NCBI GenBank assembly: GCA_964016885.1
Contig: OZ024742.1
Coordinates: 272,614,001-272,678,000 of the forward strand
Direction of reading: 5' to 3'
Origin: Eledone cirrhosa
Taxonomy: Eukaryota
DNA length: 64,000 bases
The first letter of the stretch is position 1; every line of letters begins with the position of its first letter. Positions 1 to 10,961 of the stretch are shown here, piece after piece. The notes under the pieces are model-generated. The model searched no databases. It was not told the origin of the DNA and saw only the letters and a list, made by a program, of their open reading frames with translations. Both the position numbers and the translations under genes were made by a program.

Positions 1-114
1 TATAAAGTTGCTTAGTCTGTGTGCATCACATTGTGGGCCCGCTACAATTGGTCTTAATTTAAGGTCAGTGGGGTATTGTGTATTCACGCATGTTGAGGTG
101 TATTGTTTACAGAT

Positions 115-322
115 TTGAGAAAAACCATTAACCCTCCATCTCATTTCTACTTTTTAAAAGCAGAAGAACTGCAAAACGGGTAAAGGAACCAGACAAATAT
201 ATATTTAAAAAAAAAGACTAGTTGCATTTTCGATTTCGTCTTTTTTCCTTATACGTTCACTCGGGTAGGACACCTTGTTTTTTTTTTCATTTTGTAAAAG
301 AAACTTACTTTCTAATACATAC
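115..322. repeat. Dispersed ~200-bp unclassified repeat, second copy at ~37121-37325
   Basis: Co-linear similarity (AACCCTCCATCTCA...GGTAAAGGAACCA...AGTTGCATTTTCGATTTC...GTAGGACACCT...GTAAAAGAAAC); a (TA)n tract lies downstream of both copies. Confidence 0.8.
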
Positions 323-393
323 CCACCACACGAAGACCGAAAATTCCACAAATGTTCAACAAAACGACAACTCACTGAACCAGGACATCTTAA

Positions 394-443
<50 letters not shown>

Positions 444-557
444 GTTTGTATATGTATAATAAAGCCAAAACAATGCAGGTATGAACATAGAATAAAGAAT
501 GCAAATGCAAAAGATATTGTTGACAATTAGTCTTTTACCTTAGATTTATTAAAATGT

Positions 558-592
558 CCTTAATTTTCGAGATAATATCTCTTCTTCGGAGG
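558..592 (-). ncRNA. Minimal type I hammerhead ribozyme motif (PLE-1 3' pseudo-LTR, sense to the ORF)
   Basis: CCT-CCGAAGA-A-GAGAT(ATT)ATCTC-GAA-AATT-A-AGG: stem I CCT/AGG, U4C core variant, stem II, palindromic stem III AATT. Confidence 0.72.
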
Positions 593-953
593 GAAGTAAA
601 GCGGTTAACCCAGTGTTCTAAATAGCTTGCCAAGTCATGCTGACAGAAAATGGTATAGAGTATCTGTTCTATCTCTAATGTCAAAGAGTTAAGGTTAGGT
701 GGATAAAGAGTAGACTCCCTTTAAAAGGGTTTTTTGTACATGCCTGTTTAAGTGTGTGGGATAATGCATGAAGGTGTATGTGAGTGTGTGTGAGTGTGAG
801 AAGATATATCTATAAGTAAATGTGGGGGATAGATGTTATCTCGTGTTAGAACTGGTCTTTGTGTGTGTATGTGTGTGTGCATGCGTGTGTGTGTGCGTGA
901 GTGTGTGCGTGTGTGTGTGTGGGGTGTGTGTAAATATGGGGCTAGATCCTCTA

Positions 954-3300
954 TCAAGTTATAAATTGGGTGTTGAGTTCTAGTCTATTATTGATTGGTG
1001 GTTTTGTTTTGTTTATAATTAGTGCTTCCTTAATTCTAAGATTGCCGAGGTTTCTTTCCTTAGTTTCTATCGTAACTGTTATGGTTTTGTCGGTGTTTTT
1101 GCATTTAACTAGGTGTTTCTTAAATGAGGAAGCGTTAGTTTTGAGGTGTTCTCTTATTCTTATGTGGAGTGGTCTGGTGGTGCTACCTACGTAGAAGTTG
1201 CTGCATTTGTCACACTCTATTCTGTATACGACGTAAGCCTGCTGGCTTAGGTCTGTGTCGTTGATGGGGCAGTTGGCTAGCCTGCAGCAGTTGTCATGTC
1301 TGGTGGAGTGTATTTTGGTTAGCTGTCCGCGTAGAGAAGGACCTGAGTAGGCCAGTTGGATATCTAGTCCCTCTCGTCTGATAGCTCTGCGGATGGTTGT
1401 TGTTGTTTCGTCACTGAAGTGTGGGAGCTTCAGGAAACATGTGTTAGTGCCTCGGGTGTGGTGTCCTCTGTTCTTTCTGGCACGGTTTGTGGTGGATGTC
1501 GTGTATCCGTTCAGTTTGAGTACTTCCAGGAAATGTGTGGTGTGTGTGTCTCAGTGTCTAGCGTCGGTGCAATTGTTCCGGATACGTGTAGTCATCCGCG
1601 GTCATCGGGGTATTCCATTCTGAACATTATACTGGATTCCATGCTGGAGAATGTTGTGTATATTTTATCTGCCTCCTCACGGGATGATGTAAGGATGAGT
1701 ATGTCATCTACATATCGGGTTAAGAAGGAATGGGAATGGTAGCTGTTGAGGGCTCGGCATTCTAGCTGGTTCATAGAGGTGATGGCCAGCAGGCTCGATA
1801 GGCTGGATCCCATGGGTAATCCTGTTGTCTGTCTGTATGTGTGGTGGTAGAAGGTAAAGTACGTGTTGTCTACTGTGAAGGACAAAAGCTGGGGTATGTC
1901 CGTGGGATGGAGGCCGTAGCAGTGGATGTCCTCTGCGACCACGCAGTCCGTCAATAAATCGACAGCTGTATGAGCGGGGACTTTAGTGTAGAGAGAGACA
2001 ACGTCGAGGCTAAAGGCGTATCTATTTAGTTTAAGTTGTTCTGGCTGGAGTTGTGTAGTCTACGTATGACTTCGTCGGATATACTGACATGCCCGGGAAA
2101 GGTGGAGAGTAGAGGCTTGAGGACCTGGGAGAGGAGCCAGGAAATTTTGTATAGGGGTCCTCCTATGCTAGAGACGATGGGTCTTATTTGCGTCTTAGTA
2201 CTATTCTTGTGGGTCTTGATGAGGTGGTAGAAAGTGGGCAGTCTGCTATTTCTAGTGGTGTAGTTGAGCTTAACTTTATTTGGGAGTTGTCTTCTCCTAC
2301 AGATATCGAACCAAATGGAGTTGGTCTGTTTTTCAATCTGGGCTGCAGTCATGTCCGGTATCCCTGTATATAATTCATTGTCGCTTAGGTGTTCAAAGGC
2401 TAGGTCGTTGTATGTGGCTTCAGAGATGACGCAAAACTCTTTACCTTTGTCGGATGGTAAGTATATAAGTTCCCTATTCCGTAGGTTCTTCAGGGCGAGT
2501 TGTTGTGTCTTGGAGAGGTTTGGGGCTATCTTCTTCTGTTTCCGTAAGATGTTAAATACGGAATGTTTTAGGCTCGAGAGTTTTTCTTCAAGCTCGCGTT
2601 TGGCAGGCGGTGGACAGATTGGGGATCCTGTTGGTATATCGGAATTTGGGTTTGTTAGATTCCGTGGTGTTGTTGCCGAGAGTCGATATCCATTTTAGTT
2701 GGTAGGCAGCCCGACAGAAATTCGTTTCAATGTCGAGCCATAATTTGTCGTCCAGTCTCTGTTTCAATATGAACTTGGGACCCAGGCGGAGGAGGTCTAA
2801 TTCCTCTCGGGAGAGGGATCCTGTCAAGTCTGTGACGAGGTGTTTTGCGTCAGGTGTGTTGTTGGTCGGGGCACCGCTTGGTTCGGTGTTGGTACCGTCT
2901 TGTTCGCCTCTGTTGGTGCTTAGAGTTGGGATGTTGTTAAGACGGTTGGCCGTACTCTGTTTGAGAAATTTTTGCGTTAGGCGTATTTTCTAGTATTTTC
3001 GGCGATGGTGGTATGACCTGTCTATAGCGGCGGAGGTAACTCTGGACAGAGGTTCTGGGGTTTCAGCGGGTTGTGGTACAAGGCTGGAAATAGTCCGTAT
3101 GTGTTGTTGTATCATCCGGTGTAGGTGTTGTATGAGTTTTATTAGGCAGAATGTTTGTATGTAGCTAAGTGATTGTTTGAGGCCTGGTGATTTGAAGCAT
3201 GTTGGTAGGTGCAAGCTTTTGATAGTTGTTGGGATGATGTTGTTATTCAGGCATCGTTTTAGGAAGTTTATTTGGCAGCCGGCTTTGGCGCGCTTTTATA
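954..3300 (-). pseudogene. PLE-1 reverse transcriptase + GIY-YIG endonuclease, disrupted
   Basis: Minus-strand fragments: LLRLGPKF, PSDKGK, FYHLIKTHK...RPIVS, GLPMGSSLS, RYVDD, and VVYRIECDKCSNFYVGSTTRPLHIRIREH (GIY-YIG); ends with TGA at 954-956; several stops and frameshifts. Confidence 0.88.
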
Positions 3301-3371
3301 GCATGTTATACCATTTCCTGTCAGCATGGCTTGGCAAGCTATTTAGAACACTTGTTTAACCTCTTTACTTC

Positions 3372-3406
3372 CCTCCGAAGAAGAGATATTATCTCGAAAA
3401 TTAAGG
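3372..3406 (+). ncRNA. Minimal hammerhead ribozyme motif (PLE-1 inverted 5' pseudo-LTR)
   Basis: Exact reverse complement of 558-592, although the flanking repeat sequence has mismatches. Confidence 0.72.
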
Positions 3407-3590
3407 ACATTTAAATAAATCTAAGGTTGCAGACTAATTTACAACAATATCTTTTGCATTTGCATTCTTTATTCTATGTCCATACCTGCATTGTTTTGGC
3501 TTTATTATACATGCCAAAAGTAGAAACAATTATACGTATACAAACGTTTATAACTCATTACACAATGCTTCAAGGGTACTATAACTTCCT

Positions 3591-3734
<144 letters not shown>

Positions 3735-3765
3735 ACACGGGCATGTATGGTTGTGTGTAGAAGAT

Positions 3766-4004
3766 TATATTAATAAAATGAGTTCAAACTTTGTCTGATT
3801 TACTCGTTTAATTTACAATCCTTTAAAATTGATCACCACACATTATGAACCTGAAGATTGCGAAAGGATGAAAGTACTTGATCAATTAACACTTAACATT
3901 TAATATTATACCATACTATTTCATTATAATACCGTTATACATTTTAAAGGATTGTAAATAAAACGAGTAAGTCAGACAAAGTTGGAATTCTTTTTATTAA
4001 TATA
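3766..4004. repeat. Small element with ~65-bp inverted repeats (3766-3829 / 3941-4004) enclosing a decayed HHR-like motif
   Basis: The arms are reverse-complementary; internal GAAC-CTGAAGA-N12-GAA-AGTACT-T-GATC at 3847-3883. Confidence 0.65.
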
Positions 4005-4155
4005 TATATATGTTCATTAGTTAAGCAAAGACAAGACCACAACTTTTACAAGGAAGACGTTATTTAAAGAAAGTCAACATAGTTTCAGTATATCTCAGGA
4101 ATAAGGAGTGTAATTATAATTTAATGTAAGGAATAATAATAATAATAATAATAAC

Positions 4156-4185
<30 letters not shown>

Positions 4186-4186
<1 letters not shown>

Positions 4187-7100
4187 GAGTTACGGCCACT
4201 GAGGAGATGAATGCTGACGGGCTAGGACAAGATTCGGTTGACATCCTAAATTTAGTGGTAGATGAATTGAACAATGATAGTGGGAGACCTATGAACCTAA
4301 GATTTGTAGACAGGAAAAAGTTAAAAGAAACAACAGCTAAGGTAAACAAAGTCATCCCATACCTTGAGGCGAGGAGCCTTCACCAGTGCAACAATATCCT
4401 CAAAGCAACAGCAAATAAGGTGAGGAAACTACTTGGCATAGAAGCGAGAGGAAACAACAGACAAGAAAGAGCAGAGCCGTGGTGGAAGAGGCGACTGAGT
4501 GGGCAAATCGGGGAAATGAGAAATGACATAGGAAAGCTTGAGTCACTACTGAATGGGACACTAAAAAACATAGGCACTAAAAATAGACTGGAAATAAAAT
4601 ACAAAACTAGGAGGAAAAAGCTAAATATTATCATAGAGGAACTGAAGCAACGCATTGTAGCAAAGAGTGCAAAAATCAGGCGATACGAGAACAGAGTCAG
4701 TCAGTATAAACAGAACCGCATGTTCGACAACAACCAGAAGATGCTGTTTGGACAGCTTGAGGGGAAAGAAAGAGGCAACGACTTGATCCCTGGGGCGGAG
4801 CAAACTAAAACATTCTGGAGAGGAATATGGGAGCAGGATGTTAGACACAATGCCCAGGCAGGGTGGATTGAGACAGTACAGAGGGAGATCGGTGAGCAGG
4901 CACAGCAACAGACTGATTTGAGTATCACAGTTGAAACTCTTAAGGGGCAGGCCAAAAAACTAACCAACTGGAAATCACCAGGCCCAGATGGTGTGCAGGG
5001 GTATTGGATTAAACATTTAACATCCCTCCACCCGAAGCTGACGGCCATGTTCAATGACTGCTTGGTGTCGGTTGAGGTGCCAGAGTGGTTGACAAAAGGT
5101 ACCACAGTTCTGATAATGAAAGACCGAATCAAGGGTAATGATGTTACCAACTATAGACCTATCACATGTCTGTCCGTAATGTGGAAACTGTTGACGAGCA
5201 TTGTGTCTGAGGAAATCTACCATCACCTCCACACAAACAACTTGTTACCGGACGAACAGAAAGGATGCCGAAAGAAGTCACGTGGTACAAAGGACCAGTT
5301 ACTTATTGATAAGATGGTAATGGGGAATTGCAGGAGGAGACACACTGATCTTGCCATGGGATGGATAGACTACAGAAAGGCATTTGACATGGTGCCTCAT
5401 TCCTGGATCACCAAAAGCCTGGAGATCTTCAGGGTGGCAGATAACATCAGACAGTTGCTAGGCAGGAGTATGGGGTCCTGGGAGACAGAGTTGACATCAA
5501 CTGGAGTATCCTTGGGAAGCGTGAAGATCAAGAGAGGTATCTTCCAGGAAGATAGCCTGTCCCCTCTGTTGTTTGTCCTTGCCCTGATGCCCTTGACCAT
5601 TTTGCTGCGAAAAGTGAGAGCAGGATACAAGTTGGGAAGGGGAGAGCTTACCATCAATCACCTCCTCTTCATGGACGATCTTAAGCTCTTCGGGAAAATT
5701 GAGAAGGAGTTGGATGTGCTTGTTGACACTGTCCGTATTTTCAGCCGTGATATATGTATGCAGTTTGGTATTGGTAAATGTGGAGTCATTGTGATGAAGA
5801 GGGGTAGGTTGAGCAGAAGTAACGGGATCCAGATACCAACAGGTGAGATGATAAAGGAAATTGACTCTGAGGAAGGATACAAGTATTTGGGCGTTCTGGA
5901 GGCTGATGGCATAAAGAACAAAAAAATGAAGGAATTGTTAAGAACTGAATACATTCGGAGAGTAAGGAGCGTATTGAAGTCACATCTGAACAGCAGAAAT
6001 GCCATAAGCGCAGTAAATTCCCGAGCTGTGTCTATTATTAGGTACAGTGCGGGAATTCTGAGATGGAATGTTGCTGAACAAAAAGAAATGGATAGGAAGA
6101 CTAGGAAGCTATTGACTATCTACAACATGTTCCACAAGAGGAGTGATGTCGATAGACTCTACCTAAGGAGATCTGAGGGTGGAAGAGGTCTTATCAGCAT
6201 AGAGGACTGTGTTCAGATGGAGAAAAACAACCTATACAAATACGTGACCTATAGTAAGGAGCCAATGCTCAGAACTGTACTGAAGGAGGGGACAGTAGGC
6301 CAGGGGATGTCCAGGGAGGAAATAACATCAAGGAGGAAGAGCAGCCTTAAGGGAAAATCCCTTCATAGTACCTTCTTTGAGAAAACTGAATTTAGAGATC
6401 CACAGACATGGAAGTGGTTGAGAAGAGGAGACCTCAAAAAGGCTACAGAAGGAATGCTAATGGCTGCGCAGGAGCAGGCCCTCAAAACGAAGTGGTTGAA
6501 GCACCATATCTACAAGGAGGAGGCTAGCCCACAGTGCAGGATCTGTGGAGAGAGAGAGGAGACTGTGGCTCACATTGTGTCCGAGTGTAAACACCTAGCC
6601 CAGACCCACTATAAGGGCTGGAGACACGATGTGATGGGCAGGATGATCCACTGGCACCTGTGCAAAGTAAACAATTTACCACATTCTGAGAAATGGTATG
6701 AGCATAGGCCAGAGGCGGTGATGGAGAACAATTAGGTGAAGGTGCTGTGGGATTTTAGGATACAGACGGACAAAAAACTGGAACACAATAGACCTGACCT
6801 GGTGGTTGTGGACAAAGAAAAAAGATCGTGTCTGATTGTGGATGTGGCCTGCCCGTTCGACACGAGAGTGCAAGAGAAGGAGAGGGAGAAAATTAACCGA
6901 TACCAGGACCTAAAGTGGGAGGTGAAAAGGATTTGGAACTGCCATGAAGTCAAAGTGATCCCGATTGTCATAGGCGCACTGGGGACTATCTCCAAAAGTT
7001 TCCAGGGATGGTTAAAGAAAATCGGCCCCTTCACGCTTTTTGGAACGCTTCAAAAGGCATGCTTGCTTGGAACAGCAAGAACCCTCCGATACGTCCTGAA

Positions 7101-7193
7101 TATCTGAGGCTGCAGGTAGTGGCTTGATATTCAATCCAACGGACTTTCCAGTTGACCAACATCAATGACTGAGATTCAAGGAATAACAACAAC

Positions 7194-7240
<47 letters not shown>
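4186..7240 (+). mobile_element. R4/Dong-type non-LTR retrotransposon (family A), 5'-truncated, within (TAA)n
   Basis: (AAT)n at 4132-4185 and ~7182-7241; single RT-CCHC-RLE reading frame. Confidence 0.9.
4207..7107 (+). pseudogene. Dong/R4-type RT + zinc knuckle + restriction-like endonuclease with one premature stop
   Basis: KSPGPDG, YRPITCL, DYRKAFD, GIFQEDSLSP (G>E relative to the usual QGD), FMDD, CRIC-HIVSEC, RHD, RPDLVVVD...IVDV, KINRY; TAG at 6733-6735 is CAG in the sibling copy near 23990. Confidence 0.9.
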
Positions 7241-7243
<3 letters not shown>

Positions 7244-7506
7244 TTTCTTTATTAACCACAAGGGTTTACATAAAGTAGACATTAAGGACAGTGCAGGACA
7301 ATGCAGGACGGTACAAATGGGCATTTCTGCGTGTAAAAAAAAAAAAAAAACAGAGGATGTAACAAAAATAACAATGAAAATAACAATGAAAAATTCCCCA
7401 ATAGGGGGGAGACTTCGGAGGGACATTTGTGGAGAAAGCCCAGTAAAAAGCCACAATGACCCTGACCACCAAGGCAAGTGCCCTCTCCCAGTTTTCCACC
7501 TTTAGT

Positions 7507-10500
7507 TTACAGATATATACTCAGAGTCGGCCCATTCACTCGGGCCATTCTTGCTTCTCTCACCCATCTTTCAACAAAATGCTGGGAAGAGAGCACTTCC
7601 TTCTCTACTCTGATTTTCCTTTTCAAATGAAATTTGAAAAAGTCAATCAGAGCATCACCGAAGAGGTAAGTGCTCGTCTTCAGCCCTTTCAAACGTGTCC
7701 ACCATACTATCTCTTTCGCCATGGCCACCAGACAGATAAAAACTGCCTGCCCTTCCCGGCTAAAGGAGGAGGGCGGGGCAATCCTCACGATAGACTCAGA
7801 TGATAGCTGGATCCGTCCTAAACGCGACAGCAGGTGTTCGACATAAACCCACAAGTCAGCAATTTTCGGACACTGGACGAGTGCGTGCAGGACGGTTTCG
7901 TCGCCCTGCGCGCATCTCGGACATGCCCGGCTGACGGCACCTCCATGCCTGTAGAGTTTATCCCGAACTGGCAAGGCTCCTCGGTAGCACTGCCAGGCCA
8001 GAGATTTCTGGAAGTTGTCCATAGGCCCCGGCCCGAAAGTTCTTCCGAAGAGATTGGCTAGTTGATTTTCGTCGACGCCTAGAGTTTCCCCAAGTACGTC
8101 GTCGCTCTTCCCCTCCACTAATCCTCTATAGAACGCCGAGGTGGAGTTTCCACCGATCACATTGCCCGATTGGTCGAGGGCTGTGAGCGCCTGAAGACAT
8201 TCCAGTCTCCAGGCGCTCCCTCTCGGTCTTCGCTTGACCCAGGACTGCAGCTCCGTCAAGGAAACGAGCTGGGGAAAAACGCGTCTAGCAAACGGCGACC
8301 ACACCTGATCACCGTCGAGGAAGAGGTGGAGATGTCGTAGCCTGAGCGCGTGCCTGCGCATCATCAGCCACGGCATGCCCAGCCCTCCACGTAGCGGGTG
8401 TTGACAACAGATGGACCGCCTGACCATCGGAGCACGTCCCTTCCACAAAAAGCGAAAGAGCAAACGCTCCAGCGCAGTCAGGCGAGGCTTAGGACAAGGT
8501 ACGACGGTTAGGCGGTAGCAGATGACAGACGCGATGTACGCGTTAGCCACCTCCGCTCGACCTTTCAGGGATAGCTTCCTCTCCGCCCATTTCTGGGTGA
8601 GAGAAGCCACCCTGCTCGTCACCTCGTCCCAGTTTTTGTCCGTCTGGAGGTCCGGACCGAACCAGACCCCTAGCAATTTAACCGGTCCGTCCGTCCAGCG
8701 CCCGACGACGCTGTTGGACGGCATGGACCTGCCTCTCCAGGTGCCGAGTTGCAGGCCCACTGACTTTTCCTGGTTGATCATTGCTCCTGTCACCGCTTCG
8801 TATTCTCTTAGTGTAGTGCCGATCGCCTCGATGTGTTTGGCGTTCGACACCACTACGGTGACATCGTCCGCATATGCTGACACGGATCTTCCGCATCCTA
8901 GTTCGCGCGGGACTCCCCTCAACGTCTCCAGTTTGTGCAGTAATGGCTCGAGAGTCAATACGTACAAGAGGGACGAGAGGGGACATCCTTGGCGGACCGA
9001 GCGCATGATGTTGAACGGTTCCGACAGGTGACCGTTCACTCTCACCACAGAGCAGATGTCGCTGTGCATGGCAGCGATCCAGCCTCTGAAGACGGGCCCA
9101 AAGCCAGCCGCCCTCAGGACTGCCGCTAGGTAACGATGGTCGACCCTATCGAAAGCTTTCGACTGATCTAAATTGATCAAGGACCCACCCGTGCCAGGTT
9201 CCCTAGCTACCCTCTCTACGATGTATCGCATGAGGTGGAGGTTGTCGTGGATGGATCTGTCGGGAATGGCGCATGTCTGCGCCTCTCCCACCAGACCACC
9301 AACGACAAGCGCCAACCTCTTTGCTAGCACCTTGGCCAAAATCTTAAACTCTGTGTTTAGCAGAGTTATGGGCCGGAAATTGTCTATGTTATCCCCCTTG
9401 TTCGGATCCTTTCTCAGCAGTGCCACCGCTCCTCGGCTCACAGAACTGGGAATTCTCCCGTTCTGTTGCCAGTTGCAGTAGACGTCCGCCAAGAGGCCTC
9501 CGAACAAGTCTGGCATCTGTACGTAAAGTTCATAGGGCAGACCATCCAAACCAGGCGATTTACCCCTTGTGCAGCCAGTCATTGCCTCCCGTACTTCAGC
9601 GGCTGTTATCGGCTTTTCGCAACACTTCGCCTCAGTGGCCGAGAGCCGCGGCAGTCCGTCGAGGTAGACACTAAAGTCCATCCCTCTACCCGGCCCACCG
9701 CTGCCCCCGAACAGCTGAGCGAAGTGTCGCTGAAAAGCTTCACACATTTGCCCGGGATCGAGTAGCATGCGCCCGGCGTGGTCCACCAAAGACCGGATCG
9801 TGGCTTTGTTGCCACGACGCGCCTCCGCCACTCGGGCCCATTGAACGGCTTTCGTCCCCTCGTGTCTGAGAGCACGCACCCTAGCTCTGACAACGCAGCC
9901 TTCGTGCTTTGCATTGAAGAATTGGTCAAGGGCCAATTTCGCCGCAAGCACGTCGGTCGCAATGCTTTTGCTAAGCGCCTCGTCTAATTTTCTAACTAGT
10001 TCTCCCTCTGCTCTATTTTTCTCTATTGCTAAAGCCTTACTAAACCTAATCGATTCTATTCTAATCGCTCTTTTCAGAGCAAACCACCACTTGTTGTTGA
10101 CGATGGCCCCCGTCAACGCCCGCTTAACTAGTTCGCTAATCCGGTCTCTGTAGGCCTTGCGCGCTGGTAAGGACGCGTTTAGCTTCCAGTAGCCGGGTCC
10201 TCGTCTATGAAGCCTATCTAAGTCAAGCACACAGGTCACGAATTTGTGGTCCGTGTAGCTGACTATCTTGAATTGTGGACAGCCTATGCTAGACCTATCT
10301 ATTTCCCTACAAAATACTCTATCTAGATATGATCTGGATGACCCTATGCGGTTTGTCCAAGTCCACATTGGCACATTCGGGAAATCCAATCGGTACCTGT
10401 CAGACAGTTCAAAACGCCTGAGCAGGTTGGTGAGGCTCTTGCACCCTCCACCCCTATCCGCTAATCCCACACAGTCCCAGCGTGCATCTAAGATCCCGTT

Positions 10501-10926
10501 CCAGTCGCCCACTAACACTAAAGAGCGGGACGTTCCAAGAAAGGTCTCCAGACGCCGGAAGAAATCAGGCCGCCCTGCTCCTGTCGGGGCATAGACGGCC
10601 ACTAGCCTGAAAGCTTGCCCGTCTCCGCTGGTCACGTCCAGCACCACCAGCTTACCCTCTGGGTCCAGGAAGATGGCCCGTATGGCGAGATCCAAACCTC
10701 TCCGAAAAAGCACAGCAACTCCTCCACCCGATCCCGGACGGCTGGGAGATGCGTACACATCGTAGCCGCCGAAGATCGGTGCGAAGGCCCGTGCTTCGGA
10801 GATTCTGGTCTCGCTGATGGCCACTACATCTATGTTTAGTGACCTGAGGTCGTTGAGCAGGTGACCCTGCTTCCATGACGACCCCAAGCCACGCGCATTT
10901 ATGCTGCCTATTCTGAGTGAGGTCAT
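7507..10926 (-). CDS. LINE ORF2 protein (1139 aa): APE endonuclease, reverse transcriptase, C-terminal Zn finger
   Basis: SINARGL, ISET, VYAP, GDWN, YLDR, TDH (APE); KSPGLDG, RPITLLN, DQSKAFD, RQGCPLS, YADD (RT); CPRC-HALVQC. Confidence 0.95.
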   Translation of the reverse strand: MTSLRIGSINARGLGSSWKQGHLLNDLRSLNIDVVAISETRISEARAFAPIFGGYDVYASPSRPGSGGGVAVLFRRGLDLAIRAIFLDPEGKLVVLDVTSGDGQAFRLVAVYAPTGAGRPDFFRRLETFLGTSRSLVLVGDWNGILDARWDCVGLADRGGGCKSLTNLLRRFELSDRYRLDFPNVPMWTWTNRIGSSRSYLDRVFCREIDRSSIGCPQFKIVSYTDHKFVTCVLDLDRLHRRGPGYWKLNASLPARKAYRDRISELVKRALTGAIVNNKWWFALKRAIRIESIRFSKALAIEKNRAEGELVRKLDEALSKSIATDVLAAKLALDQFFNAKHEGCVVRARVRALRHEGTKAVQWARVAEARRGNKATIRSLVDHAGRMLLDPGQMCEAFQRHFAQLFGGSGGPGRGMDFSVYLDGLPRLSATEAKCCEKPITAAEVREAMTGCTRGKSPGLDGLPYELYVQMPDLFGGLLADVYCNWQQNGRIPSSVSRGAVALLRKDPNKGDNIDNFRPITLLNTEFKILAKVLAKRLALVVGGLVGEAQTCAIPDRSIHDNLHLMRYIVERVAREPGTGGSLINLDQSKAFDRVDHRYLAAVLRAAGFGPVFRGWIAAMHSDICSVVRVNGHLSEPFNIMRSVRQGCPLSSLLYVLTLEPLLHKLETLRGVPRELGCGRSVSAYADDVTVVVSNAKHIEAIGTTLREYEAVTGAMINQEKSVGLQLGTWRGRSMPSNSVVGRWTDGPVKLLGVWFGPDLQTDKNWDEVTSRVASLTQKWAERKLSLKGRAEVANAYIASVICYRLTVVPCPKPRLTALERLLFRFLWKGRAPMVRRSICCQHPLRGGLGMPWLMMRRHALRLRHLHLFLDGDQVWSPFARRVFPQLVSLTELQSWVKRRPRGSAWRLECLQALTALDQSGNVIGGNSTSAFYRGLVEGKSDDVLGETLGVDENQLANLFGRTFGPGPMDNFQKSLAWQCYRGALPVRDKLYRHGGAVSRACPRCAQGDETVLHALVQCPKIADLWVYVEHLLSRLGRIQLSSESIVRIAPPSSFSREGQAVFICLVAMAKEIVWWTRLKGLKTSTYLFGDALIDFFKFHLKRKIRVEKEVLSSQHFVERWVREARMARVNGPTLSIYL

Positions 10927-10961
10927 GTTTAAAATAGAGTGGAAAAGATGGGAAAGACCAC

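Larger units (their letters stand above)
452..3512 (-). mobile_element. Penelope-like retroelement PLE-1 with inverted pseudo-LTRs
   Basis: ~205-bp inverted terminal repeats (452-657 / 3307-3512) flank a disrupted RT + GIY-YIG ORF; each repeat contains an HHR motif. Confidence 0.9.

Noticed and set aside
6733-6735. Programmed stop-codon readthrough between the RT and RLE domains of Dong family A
   Set aside because: The sibling copy near 23990 has CAG at this codon, so it is a C>T nonsense mutation or a sequence error.
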